A DNA stretch of 64,000 nucleotides, taken from an uncultured bacterium (GTDB lineage Bacteria; Eisenbacteria; RBG-16-71-46; CAIMUX01; WJJG01). Below, one piece after another: positions 14,355 to 22,808 of the stretch. The notes under the pieces are model-generated. The model did not search any database. It was not told the DNA's origin and saw only the letters and a program-made list of their open reading frames with translations. The stretch lies in NCBI GenBank assembly GCA_964603725.1, contig CAZRWW010000001.1:69634-133633 (forward strand). The letters are read 5' to 3'. Made by a program: the position numbers and the translations under genes. The stretch's first letter is position 1; each line of letters opens with the position of its first letter.

Positions 14355-15212
14355 GTGGACACAGACGTCACACCCAAAGTCAGCCAGGATCTGGAGCTCG
14401 TCCGGCGCATCCTGGACGGTTCGCAAGATGCGTGGGAGCAGTTCATCTTGCGCTACTCCGGCCTGATCCACTCCGTCGTGCGCCGGTACCTGTTCGAGCC
14501 CGAGCAAGTGCGCGATGTCTATGTCGAGGTGCTGAGTCGGCTCTACGAAGGCCGCCTGGGCACCTACGAGGGGCGCTCGGCGTTGTCGACCTGGTTGGTG
14601 CTGGTGGCGCGCAGCGTGGCGCTCGACAACCTGCGCCGCCGCTTCGGACGCCGCGAGGTGCCCGGCGGCATCCAGCGCCTGCGCAAGCGCGATCAGCGCG
14701 TCTTCCAGCTCTACTACATCGACGGCCTGAGCTTCGATGCCGTGCGCCACTGGATGTCGCAGCACGGCGAGTCGATCAGCGCTGATGAGCTGGCCGCCGG
14801 CCTGGAGCGCATCGAGAGCTGCATCGACCATCGCACGCTCAAGAGGATCATCTACGACCTGCACGCCCCCTCCGTGGGCGCCGCGTCGGGCCGCATGATG
14901 GAGTTTCTGGATTGGCACCGGGACCGCCAGGAGCGCCTGCGGCGGGAGCGCAATCCGGAGCAGATCTTGATCGACAAGGAGGCCCGCGCCACCGCCGAGC
15001 GCGTACGGGAGCTGCTGGCCGAGCTGCCCGAGGAAGAGCGCCGGGTCCTGACCCTCCGATTCGACCACGGCCGGACGGCGGTGCAGATCGCCGCCGAGAT
15101 GGGATTCGAGAGCCCTCGTCGCTCTTACACCGTTATCGAAAAGGGATTACGGCGCCTGCGCCGTCTGCTGGGAGCTGAGAAGGGCTGTCAGCGGGGGGGC
15201 CAGAAAGGCTGA
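14355..15212 (+). CDS. RNA polymerase sigma-70 family (ECF-like) sigma factor
   Basis: Region 2 is FILRYSGLIHSVVRRYL...LSTWLVLVARSVALDNLRRR. Region 4 is EERRVLTLRFDHGRTAVQIAAEMGFESPRRSYTVIEKGLRRLRR. GTG start per track. Confidence 0.85.
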   Translation: MDTDVTPKVSQDLELVRRILDGSQDAWEQFILRYSGLIHSVVRRYLFEPEQVRDVYVEVLSRLYEGRLGTYEGRSALSTWLVLVARSVALDNLRRRFGRREVPGGIQRLRKRDQRVFQLYYIDGLSFDAVRHWMSQHGESISADELAAGLERIESCIDHRTLKRIIYDLHAPSVGAASGRMMEFLDWHRDRQERLRRERNPEQILIDKEARATAERVRELLAELPEEERRVLTLRFDHGRTAVQIAAEMGFESPRRSYTVIEKGLRRLRRLLGAEKGCQRGGQKG

Positions 15213-15325
15213 TAGTATAGGCGGGTGGCCCGGGAAAGGGTAGTCCCGCCGACGTCTATTCCGTGTGATTCGGCGCTAGGATCCGCCGGGGCGGTGGGTG
15301 GGGCCCACCGGCGGAGAGTGGGAGC

Positions 15326-16270
15326 ATGCTCATGGCCTACCAGGAACACCTCTCGGATGACACCTTGGCCGCCTTGGTGGAGGGCGGGCTGTGCGGCGAA
15401 GAGCAGGCCCGGGCCCGGGAGCACCTCGCCCGGTGCCGGACCTGCATGGCGGCTTACTCCGAGGCGGCCCGCGTCCAGTCGATCTGGCTCGATGAGCCCG
15501 AGATCTTCACCCCGGCCGACGACATCGTGCGCCTCGGCGTCGTTGTGGGGGCGGCCCGTCACGATGCGCTCGCGTCGCGGCCTCCCCGCCGCGTGCCTCG
15601 CCACCGGCAAGCGCCCAGCGGACTGCGGCCGGCTGTGCTCACCTTGGGAGGCGCGGCCGTGGGGCTGGTCGCGGTGCTGATGTGGCTCAGGCCGGGCCTC
15701 CTCGCCCCGGGCCCTCTGCCCGACCGCGGCGTGGTCGCGCTCGTCGAGCGGGCGGCCCAGCGGACGTCGGCCCACGGTATGGTGCTTCCGTTTGGCGACG
15801 GCTTCACGGTCGAGGACATGACCATCTACCGGGCGGGCGCATCCGAGGCCGACCCGGCGCTCAACAGCGCCATTGCGGCCCTCATCGAGAGCTATGAGCG
15901 GACCGAATCCTCGGAGCGCGCCGCGTGCCTGCTGGTCGCCGGCCAGATCGCCGCCGGGCAGCTCGGCAACGCCCGCGCCTTCGTCGCCGAAGCGCTGCGG
16001 CAGCATCCCGGCGATCCTTGCTTGACCACGCTGGCGGCCATCATCGCGTTCCGCGAGAATGATCTGGCGCGCGCCGAGGCGTTGCTCCGCGACGTCGTGG
16101 CGCGCGACCCCGGAAACCTCGTCGCCGGATTCAACCTGGGCCTGCTGCTCACTGAAAGCGGGCGCGCCCATGAAGCGCGGCCCTTCCTCGAGGCGGTCGC
16201 GAGGGCCCGCGCCGGCACGCCTCTCTCCAGTCGCGCCGAGAGTCTCCTCGAGGGTCGCGTTCCCCGTTGA
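15326..16270 (+). CDS. Anti-sigma factor (zinc-finger ZAS type) with one TM helix and C-terminal TPR repeats
   Basis: HxxxCxxC motif EHLARCRTCM. TM segment AVLTLGGAAVGLVAVLMWL. The C-terminus has TPR-like repeats. It lies directly downstream of the sigma factor. Confidence 0.75.
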   Translation: MLMAYQEHLSDDTLAALVEGGLCGEEQARAREHLARCRTCMAAYSEAARVQSIWLDEPEIFTPADDIVRLGVVVGAARHDALASRPPRRVPRHRQAPSGLRPAVLTLGGAAVGLVAVLMWLRPGLLAPGPLPDRGVVALVERAAQRTSAHGMVLPFGDGFTVEDMTIYRAGASEADPALNSAIAALIESYERTESSERAACLLVAGQIAAGQLGNARAFVAEALRQHPGDPCLTTLAAIIAFRENDLARAEALLRDVVARDPGNLVAGFNLGLLLTESGRAHEARPFLEAVARARAGTPLSSRAESLLEGRVPR

Positions 16271-16361
16271 CGATCGCTGAAGGTCTGCCCGCGAGCGGAC
16301 GCCCACCCCGCAGACGACCCGTCGCGCCGCGGGAGCGACCACGCGGGCGCGGCGCCGTGCG

Positions 16362-16400
16362 CCCAAAAGCCAGACGCGCACCCCCGAGAGGGCGCGCGTC
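16362..16400 (-). terminator. Intrinsic terminator downstream of paralog 1
   Basis: GC hairpin GACGCGC(ACCC)...(GGGC)GCGCGTC. On the minus strand it is followed by GGCUUUUGGGCG. Confidence 0.6.
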
Positions 16401-16426
16401 TGATTCACTCAGCTTCAGTCCCAGGA

Positions 16427-17233
16427 CTACTGGAAGAGAGCCTTCACCTGACCCCACGTCGAGCTCTCGACCGGCGAGATGCCGCCGCTGCCCTCGAGGA
16501 TGAAGGGCACGCCCTGCGGGGCGCCGCTGCCGGTGTCGATGAGCTGCTGCCACAGGCCGGAGGCGTACTGCAACGCATCACCCGTCGTGGTCTGGCCCAG
16601 GAAGACGATCGGGTTGCCCCAAGGTCCCGAGGCCAGCGTGCCTGTGTGATCGTAGGCGATCCAGTACCAGCCCGCACTGAGGACGAGCGGCGGACTGAAA
16701 GCGCACACGTTGGCCATGATTGGGCGGTTGGTGTCCATCATGGCGGTGTCGAGCACCCGATAGCAGCCCGACCACGCGGTCGTCACCAACCGGTTGGTGA
16801 CCTGATCCCCGTAGATGACCGTGCCGCCGGGAGGCGCGTCATCCAAGATCTCGAAGTACGCGCCCGTGAAGGTGGACGTCGTCGAGGATCCGGTCTGATA
16901 GCCGAAGAACGTGACCTGGTTGATCGTCCAGGTGCAGCCCGTGGGAACCACGAAGTCGTCGGCAAAGCGATAGGGAATCGTGTGGTTGAAGTTGAAGCCG
17001 TAGACCGACATGCCAAGGGCCGTCTGGACCACCGACGCGTTGGCGCCGCCGTAGCCGCCGCCCGGATGCGTGACGAACGGGCCGTTGTCATACAGGACAT
17101 CCCGCGAGGGAGTCCAGACCGGGCCGCCGTTGGGCGCGATGAAGCCCGTGACCGCCTCGGTGTCAACGGCGAGGTCCGCGAACACTGGGGCAGCTAGGAC
17201 TGCCAGCGCGAACAACACTGCAAAGCTGCGCAT
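16427..17233 (-). CDS. Secreted hypothetical protein, paralog 1 of 3, ending in the WGQVKALFQ C-terminal tag
   Basis: Signal peptide MRSFAVLFALAVLAAPVFA. It is about 85% identical to the two upstream paralogs and ends ...SSTWGQVKALFQ*. AGGAGG lies upstream of the ATG. Confidence 0.8.
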   Translation of the reverse strand: MRSFAVLFALAVLAAPVFADLAVDTEAVTGFIAPNGGPVWTPSRDVLYDNGPFVTHPGGGYGGANASVVQTALGMSVYGFNFNHTIPYRFADDFVVPTGCTWTINQVTFFGYQTGSSTTSTFTGAYFEILDDAPPGGTVIYGDQVTNRLVTTAWSGCYRVLDTAMMDTNRPIMANVCAFSPPLVLSAGWYWIAYDHTGTLASGPWGNPIVFLGQTTTGDALQYASGLWQQLIDTGSGAPQGVPFILEGSGGISPVESSTWGQVKALFQ

Positions 17234-17363
17234 CTTCTAACCTCCTGTCGACTTTGCACCGCCGCAGGGAACAGCGACTCCTGGTTTCGCACCAAGCACT
17301 GCGCACCCGCGGCCGCGCACTCACTGAACACAAGGTTTGATGCAGCGGCCGGATCACTCTGCT

Positions 17364-17402
17364 GTGAGACCCTTTCCCATTGCTGGGCGACCTGACTCTC
17401 AC
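17364..17402 (-). promoter_or_regulatory. Conserved inverted-repeat element at the predicted 5' end of the paralog transcripts (copy 1)
   Basis: GTGAGA-N27-TCTCAC with an internal CCCA-GCAA-UGGG (GNRA-capped) hairpin. It starts 5-8 nt after the -10 box. Copies lie at 18562..18600 and 19761..19798. Confidence 0.5.
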
Positions 17403-17404
17403 AT

Positions 17405-17440
17405 CCATAATGATACCGACGACCTGTAGCTGTGTTCAAG
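17405..17440 (-). promoter_or_regulatory. Putative sigma70-like promoter for paralog 1
   Basis: Minus strand TTGAAC-N18-TATCAT. A homologous TTGAAT-N18-TAGGAT lies at 18608..18637, and TTGAAG-N18-TAGAAT at 19806..19835. Confidence 0.45.
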
Positions 17441-17554
17441 CACAATGACAGTGATTCGGGTGTCCCCTCCACGGGGTTCATCCAGCTGACGGGGGAGTGC
17501 CGGAAGCGCGGCCTGATCATCAATTCTGTTTACGGCCGTAACCAGTCACGCGCG

Positions 17555-17591
17555 CCCAAAAGCAGACGCGCGCCCCTCGGGGGCGCGCGTC
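17555..17591 (-). terminator. Intrinsic terminator downstream of paralog 2
   Basis: Perfect 12-bp stem GACGCGCGCCCC/GGGGCGCGCGTC with a 3-4 nt loop. On the minus strand it is followed by UGCUUUUGGG. Confidence 0.75.
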
Positions 17592-17619
17592 CGACGGAAC
17601 TCGGCTTCCGTTCCTCAAG

Positions 17620-18432
17620 CTACTGGAACAGAGCCTTCACCTGACCCCACGTCGAGCTCTCGACCGGCGAGATGCCGCCGCTGCCCTCGAGAATGAAGGG
17701 CACGCCCTGGCCGGTGCCAGTGCCGGTGTCGATGAGCTGATTCCACATCCCCGAGGACGCGGTGTACTGGAGGCCGTCACCCGTCGTCGTCATGCCCAGG
17801 ATCGTGACCGGCGGGCACCAGGGCCCGGAGGCCAGCGTTCCCGTGCAATCGAACGCGATGTAGTACCAGCCGGGTCCCAGGACCAGGGGCGGAGTGACCG
17901 CGCACACGTTCGCCATAACCGGACGGTTGGTGTCCATCATGGCGGTGTCGAGCACGCGGTACATGTTCGCCCAGGCCGTCGTGACCAGGCGGTTGGTCAC
18001 CGTGTCACCCCAGATCACGGCGCCGCCGGGAGGCACGTCATCGAAGATCCGGATGTACGCACCCGTGTAGCTGGATGTCGTCCCGGAGCCTGTCTGATAG
18101 CCGAAGATCGTGACCTGGTTGATCGTCCAGGTGCAGCCCTGGGGAACCACAAAGTCATCGGCCATCGTGTTCGGCAGCGTGTGCTGGAAGCCGAAGCCGT
18201 ACGTCGACAGCCCCAGAGCGGTCTGGAGCACCGACGCGTTGGCGCCGCCGTAGCCGCCACCCGGGTGGGTGACCAGCGGGCCGTTGTCGTACAGGACATC
18301 CCGTGAGGGAGTCCAAATCGGGCCGCCGTTGGGCGCGATGAAGCCCGTGACCGTCTCGGTGTCGGCTTCGAAGTCCGCCAGCACCGGAGCGACCAAGGCT
18401 GCCAGCGCGAACAACACTGCAAAGCTGCGCAT
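17620..18432 (-). CDS. Secreted hypothetical protein, paralog 2 of 3, ending in the WGQVKALFQ tag
   Basis: MRSFAVLFALAALVAPVLA signal. Same family as 16427..17233. Ends ...SSTWGQVKALFQ*. Confidence 0.8.
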   Translation of the reverse strand: MRSFAVLFALAALVAPVLADFEADTETVTGFIAPNGGPIWTPSRDVLYDNGPLVTHPGGGYGGANASVLQTALGLSTYGFGFQHTLPNTMADDFVVPQGCTWTINQVTIFGYQTGSGTTSSYTGAYIRIFDDVPPGGAVIWGDTVTNRLVTTAWANMYRVLDTAMMDTNRPVMANVCAVTPPLVLGPGWYYIAFDCTGTLASGPWCPPVTILGMTTTGDGLQYTASSGMWNQLIDTGTGTGQGVPFILEGSGGISPVESSTWGQVKALFQ

Positions 18433-18561
18433 CTTCTAACCTCCTGTCGACACTTGCACGCTACAGAGATTGTCGCCCTGTGGCTTCCTGCCCAGTGACA
18501 CATCCCCGTAGCCGCGCACTCACTGAACGTAAGGTTGATGCAGCGGCCGGATCACTCTGCT

Positions 18562-18600
18562 GTGAGACCCTTTCCCATTGCTGGGTGACCTGGTTCTCAC
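18562..18600 (-). promoter_or_regulatory. Conserved inverted-repeat 5' element, copy 2
   Basis: Homologous to 17364..17402 with 3 substitutions. Confidence 0.5.
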
Positions 18601-18607
18601 ACCAGCG

Positions 18608-18637
18608 ATCCTAATGGCACTTGAGAGCTGCATTCAA
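18608..18637 (-). promoter_or_regulatory. Putative sigma70-like promoter for paralog 2
   Basis: Minus strand TTGAAT-N18-TAGGAT, at the same relative position as in the other copies. Confidence 0.4.
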
Positions 18638-18751
18638 GCGCCTTTTTGCAGTAACTCGGGAGCCCCCTCCACGGGGTCCATCCGACGGCCGGGAGAGCAC
18701 CGGGAGTGCGGTCTGGTCGTCATTTTGGTTTACGGTTGTAACTAACCGTCC

Positions 18752-18793
18752 TCGCCTAAATGCAGACGCGCACCCCCGAGGGGCGCGCGTCTG
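18752..18793 (-). terminator. Intrinsic terminator downstream of paralog 3
   Basis: Stem CAGACGCGCACCC/GGGCGCGCGTCTG with one mismatch. On the minus strand it is followed by CAUUUAGG. Confidence 0.55.
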
Positions 18794-18817
18794 ATTCACT
18801 CAGCCTCAGTCCCAGGA

Positions 18818-19630
18818 CTACTGGAACAGAGCCTTCACCTGACCCCAGGTCGAGCACTCGACCGGCGAGCAGCCGCCCGTGCCCTCGAGAATGAAGGGCA
18901 CGCCCTGGCCGGTGCCAGTGCCGCTGTCGATGGCCTGATTCCACATGCCCGAGGACGCGGTGTACTGGAGAGCGTCACCCGTCGTCGTGATGCCCAGGAT
19001 CGAGACCGGCGGGCACCAGGGCCCGGAGGACAGCGTTCCCGTGCAATCGAAGGCGATGTAGTACCAGCCCGCGCTCAGAACCAGAGGCGGATCCACGGCG
19101 CACACGTTCGCCATGACCGGACGGTTGGTGTCCATCATGGACGTGTCGAGCACGCGGTACATGTTCGCCCAGGCCGTCGTGACCAGGCGGTTGGTGACCG
19201 TGTCACCCCAGATCACGGCGCCGCCGGGAGGCGCATCGTCGAAGATACGGATGTACGCACCCGTGAAGCTCGACGTCGTCCCGGAGCCGGTCTGGTAACC
19301 GAAGATCGTGACCTGGTTGATGGTCCAGGTCTGGCCCTGGGGAACCACGAAGTCATCGGCCATCGTGTTCGGCAGCGTGTGCTGGAAACCGAAGCCGTAC
19401 AACGAAAGTCCCAGAGCGGTCTGGAGCACCGACGCGTCCGCGCCGCCGTAGCCGCCACCCGGGTGGGTGACCAGCGGGCCGTTGTCGTACAGGACATCCC
19501 GTGAGGGAGTCCAAATCGGGCCGCCGTTGGGCGCGATGAAGCCCGTGACCGTCTCGGTGTCGGCTTCGAAGTCCGCCAGCACCGGAGCGACCAAGGCTGC
19601 CAGCGCGAACAACACTGCAAAGCTGCGCAT
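18818..19630 (-). CDS. Secreted hypothetical protein, paralog 3 of 3, ending in the WGQVKALFQ tag
   Basis: MRSFAVLFALAALVAPVLA signal. Ends ...CSTWGQVKALFQ*. Confidence 0.8.
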   Translation of the reverse strand: MRSFAVLFALAALVAPVLADFEADTETVTGFIAPNGGPIWTPSRDVLYDNGPLVTHPGGGYGGADASVLQTALGLSLYGFGFQHTLPNTMADDFVVPQGQTWTINQVTIFGYQTGSGTTSSFTGAYIRIFDDAPPGGAVIWGDTVTNRLVTTAWANMYRVLDTSMMDTNRPVMANVCAVDPPLVLSAGWYYIAFDCTGTLSSGPWCPPVSILGITTTGDALQYTASSGMWNQAIDSGTGTGQGVPFILEGTGGCSPVECSTWGQVKALFQ

Positions 19631-19760
19631 CTTCTAACCTCCTGTCGACTCCCGCGCCGCCACAGAAACCAACGTCCCCCGGCTTGCTGCCAGGGGGCGC
19701 TTCCCTGCGGCCGCGCACTCACAGAACCACATGTTGTTGCAGCGGCCAGAACACTCTACC

Positions 19761-19798
19761 GTGAGACCCTTCCCATTGCTGGGTGACCTGGCTCTCAC
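19761..19798 (-). promoter_or_regulatory. Conserved inverted-repeat 5' element, copy 3
   Basis: Homologous to 17364..17402 with a 1-nt deletion. Confidence 0.5.
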
Positions 19799-19805
19799 AC
19801 CCAAG

Positions 19806-19835
19806 ATTCTACCTTGTCCCGGGCGCTCTCTTCAA
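19806..19835 (-). promoter_or_regulatory. Putative sigma70-like promoter for paralog 3
   Basis: Minus strand TTGAAG-N18-TAGAAT. Confidence 0.45.
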
Positions 19836-19965
19836 GCCCTTTCTGCGCCTTTGTGGCGTGCCGTAAATGAGTGTTTCAAATTGCCTAAAGTGTTCTTATA
19901 TAATTGGTTGTGTGCCTTGTGGTCACCGGTCGCCACCGCCCGGAACCCTGGTCCGGGGCAGCCAC

Positions 19966-22512
19966 CTACTCCCACCAACGAATCAGTCGGGTAACGTGAC
20001 GATTACCCATGTCAACATGGCTGGGCATGACCCGCACCGCGAATCCCTCGCGCCCGCTGCGCCGGCACTCGATCTCGCCCCGGAACAGGTGTACGCGCTC
20101 ACCCTCGTGACCCTCGAGGCGCATCACGACGGTCTCAGGCCCGGCGAGCTGGCCGCGAGCATCGAGATGCCCGGTCACGATCTCGACGACCACGTCATCC
20201 GGCTGGAGCGCGCCGAGCTCGATCTGGCACCAGACGCCGATCTCCTGGCCGACCTTGGCCTCCTCGGTCCCGCTGGCGTGGACGCTGCGAATGCGCACGT
20301 TGTGCCATTCGCGCCCGACCCGCTCCTGCCAGGCGGCCAGCGCCCGGGCCCGCGCCCCCTTCTCGGCGGTGAGCGTCTGGTACCGCTCGGCGGTGGCCGC
20401 GTAGTACTGGCTCACGTAGTCGCACACCATGCGATTGGTGTTGAAGACCGGGCAGAGCTGGCCCATCGCCGCCTTCATCTTGGCGATCCACCCGCGCGGC
20501 AGGCCATCCTTGCCGCGGGCGTAGAACAGCGGCACGATGTCGTTCTCCAGCAGATCGTAGATCGACGCCGACTCGACCGCATCCTGGTAGTCCTCGTCCT
20601 GGTACTCCTCCCCGTGGCCGATCGCCCAGCCCACCTCGCGCGTGTAGGCCTCATCCCACCAGCCGTCCAGCACGCTCAGGTTCGGCGCCCCGTTGGCCAC
20701 CGCCTTCATGCCGCTCGTGCCGCTGGCCTCGCGCGGCCGGCGGGGCGTGTTGAGCCAGACGTCGCACCCCTGCACGAGATAGCGCGCGATCGCCATGTCG
20801 TAGTTCTCGAGGAAGATCACCCGGCGCCGGATGCGCTCATCGCGCACGTGGTGGATCAGATCGCGAATCAGTCGCTTGCCATTGTCGTCCTGCGGATGCG
20901 CCTTGCCCGCGAAGATGATCTGCACGGGCGTCTCGGGATGGCAGAGGATGCGCACCAGCCGCTCGAAATCGCGGAACAGCAGGGTGCCCCGCTTGTACGG
21001 CGCGAATCTCCGGGCGAATCCGATCGTCAGCGTGCGCGGATCGAGCACCTCGCCGGCCATGCGGATCTCGTTGTCGGGCGCGCCGCGGTTCTCGAGCTGG
21101 CGCGCCAGCGTCTTGCGGGCGAAGGCCACCAGCCGCTCGCGCCGCCGCTCGTGCGTGCGCCAGAGCTCCTCATCGGGAATCTCCGCCACGCCTTCCCAGA
21201 CCGACTGGTCGGACGGATCCTCTGTCCAGCGCGGCCCGAGGTAGCGATCGAAGAGCGAGGCCAGGTCGAAGGAGATCCAGGAGCGGGCGTGAACGCCGTT
21301 GGTGATGTGGCCGATGGGGAGCTCCTCCTCCGGGGCGCCCGGCCACAGGTGGGCGAACATCCGCCGCGAGACCTGCCCGTGCAGGCGGCTGACGCCGTTG
21401 ACGCAGTTGGCCAGCCGAATCGCCAGTACGGCCATGCTGAACTCGTCGCGCCGGACGTCGCGGCCGAGGTCGACCAGCCGCTCGACCGCAACGCCCATCC
21501 GATCGGCATAGGGCTTCAAGTAGACCTGCACGAGCGGCACCGGGAAGACGTCGATTCCCGCCGGCACCGGCGTGTGCGTCGTGAAGACATTGCCCGCTTC
21601 GGCCGCCAGACGCGCCTCCTCGAACGAGAGCCCCGCCGTCTCCATCAGCGCGCGAATGCGCTCGATGGCCAGGAAGGCCGAATGGCCCTCGTTCATGTGA
21701 CACACGGTCGGCCGGATGCCCAGCGCCTCGAGGGCCCGCAGGCCCCCCACGCCGAGCAGCAACTCCTGGCGGATGCGCATCTCCTTGTCGCCGCCGTAGA
21801 GCTCGTCCGCGATGTCCTGATCGGCCTGGCTGTTGGCGGGGACATTGGTATCGAGCAGGATCAGCGGAATCCGGCCGACCTGCGCCCGCCAGACCTGCGC
21901 CACCACCTGGCGATCGGCCATGTCGACCAGCACGCGCAGCGGCGACCCGTCGGCCTTGCGCTCGAGGCTGATCGGCATCGTCGGGAAATCGTTGACCGGG
22001 TAGCTCTCATGCTGCCACCCGTCGTTGGTCAGGTACTGCCGGAAGTAGCCCTTCTGATACAGCAGGCCGACGCCTACCAGCGGGATGCCCAGCTCGGAGG
22101 CCGCCTTCAGGTGATCGCCGGCCAGGATGCCCAGGCCGCCCGAGTAGATCGGCATGCACTCGGTGATCGCGAACTCGGCCGAGAAGTAGGCGACGTTGCA
22201 CTGGTCTCCGTGCCGCAATCCCTCGCACATCCAGCCCTGGCGCTCCAGGTGGCGATGGAGCTCGCCCGCGACGCGCCCCATGTGGACGTGGAAGCCGTCG
22301 TCCTTGGCAAGTTGTTCGAGCCGGTGCTGGTCGACGTCGCCCAGCATCTTCACGGGATTGTGGCCGGAGGTCTCCCAAAGGTTCTTGTCGATGCGCCGAA
22401 AAAGCTCGATGCTGTCGTGGTCCCAGGCCCAGCGCAGGTTGTAGGCGATTTCCTTCAAGGGCAGAAGGGAATCGGGCAGGGCCGGGGTGACGTGGAACTG
22501 CTGAATACGCAT
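19966..22512 (-). CDS. glgP: Alpha-glucan phosphorylase (GlgP family, about 850 aa, PLP-dependent)
   Basis: MRIQQFHVTPALPDSLLPLKEIAYNLRWAWDHDSIELFRRID...FSAEFAITECMPIYSGGLGILAGDHLKAASELGIPLVGVGLLYQKGYFRQ... and PLP-site GTSGMKAVANGAPNLSVLDGWWDEAY. Confidence 0.95.
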   Translation of the reverse strand: MRIQQFHVTPALPDSLLPLKEIAYNLRWAWDHDSIELFRRIDKNLWETSGHNPVKMLGDVDQHRLEQLAKDDGFHVHMGRVAGELHRHLERQGWMCEGLRHGDQCNVAYFSAEFAITECMPIYSGGLGILAGDHLKAASELGIPLVGVGLLYQKGYFRQYLTNDGWQHESYPVNDFPTMPISLERKADGSPLRVLVDMADRQVVAQVWRAQVGRIPLILLDTNVPANSQADQDIADELYGGDKEMRIRQELLLGVGGLRALEALGIRPTVCHMNEGHSAFLAIERIRALMETAGLSFEEARLAAEAGNVFTTHTPVPAGIDVFPVPLVQVYLKPYADRMGVAVERLVDLGRDVRRDEFSMAVLAIRLANCVNGVSRLHGQVSRRMFAHLWPGAPEEELPIGHITNGVHARSWISFDLASLFDRYLGPRWTEDPSDQSVWEGVAEIPDEELWRTHERRRERLVAFARKTLARQLENRGAPDNEIRMAGEVLDPRTLTIGFARRFAPYKRGTLLFRDFERLVRILCHPETPVQIIFAGKAHPQDDNGKRLIRDLIHHVRDERIRRRVIFLENYDMAIARYLVQGCDVWLNTPRRPREASGTSGMKAVANGAPNLSVLDGWWDEAYTREVGWAIGHGEEYQDEDYQDAVESASIYDLLENDIVPLFYARGKDGLPRGWIAKMKAAMGQLCPVFNTNRMVCDYVSQYYAATAERYQTLTAEKGARARALAAWQERVGREWHNVRIRSVHASGTEEAKVGQEIGVWCQIELGALQPDDVVVEIVTGHLDARGQLAGPETVVMRLEGHEGERVHLFRGEIECRRSGREGFAVRVMPSHVDMGNRHVTRLIRWWE

Positions 22513-22808
22513 GCGGGTAGCTCCTCATACGTCGGCGTGTGCCAGTCGAATCGGACCCCTCGATCCGCGGTCGGGGCCTGGGCGGGTCATCCGGCGCGAA
22601 GGGTCTGCAGGCCCGGAGGGTCCGCCGACGCACGCAGGCTACCCCAATGCAACGGTTCGGTCAAACGCAGCGCGGATCGCCAAGCGGTCTTCACCAGCCC
22701 CCACACTATCGCGGGGCCCTCGCCCGGACGAAGGCGGGCGCCGCGGCACCGGGGCATCGGGGCATCGGGGCACCGGGCGGGATTCGAGCAACGGCGGGAG
22801 GGCTGACC

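Larger units (their letters stand above)
16340..19840 (-). repeat. Tandem triplication of a roughly 1.2 kb unit (promoter, 5' UTR element, CDS, terminator)
   Basis: Gene starts are spaced 1193 and 1198 nt apart. The intergenic segments are homologous along their whole length. Confidence 0.9.

Noticed and set aside
12194-14785. 863-aa plus-strand ORF
   Set aside because: Antisense to the CHAT-TPR gene. It also overlaps the sigma-factor gene in another frame.
15188-16408. 406-aa minus-strand ORF
   Set aside because: Antisense to the sigma/anti-sigma pair, whose motifs (region 2 and 4, HxxxCxxC) are clear.
19867-22806. 979-aa plus-strand ORF
   Set aside because: Antisense to alpha-glucan phosphorylase, which has unmistakable GlgP motifs.
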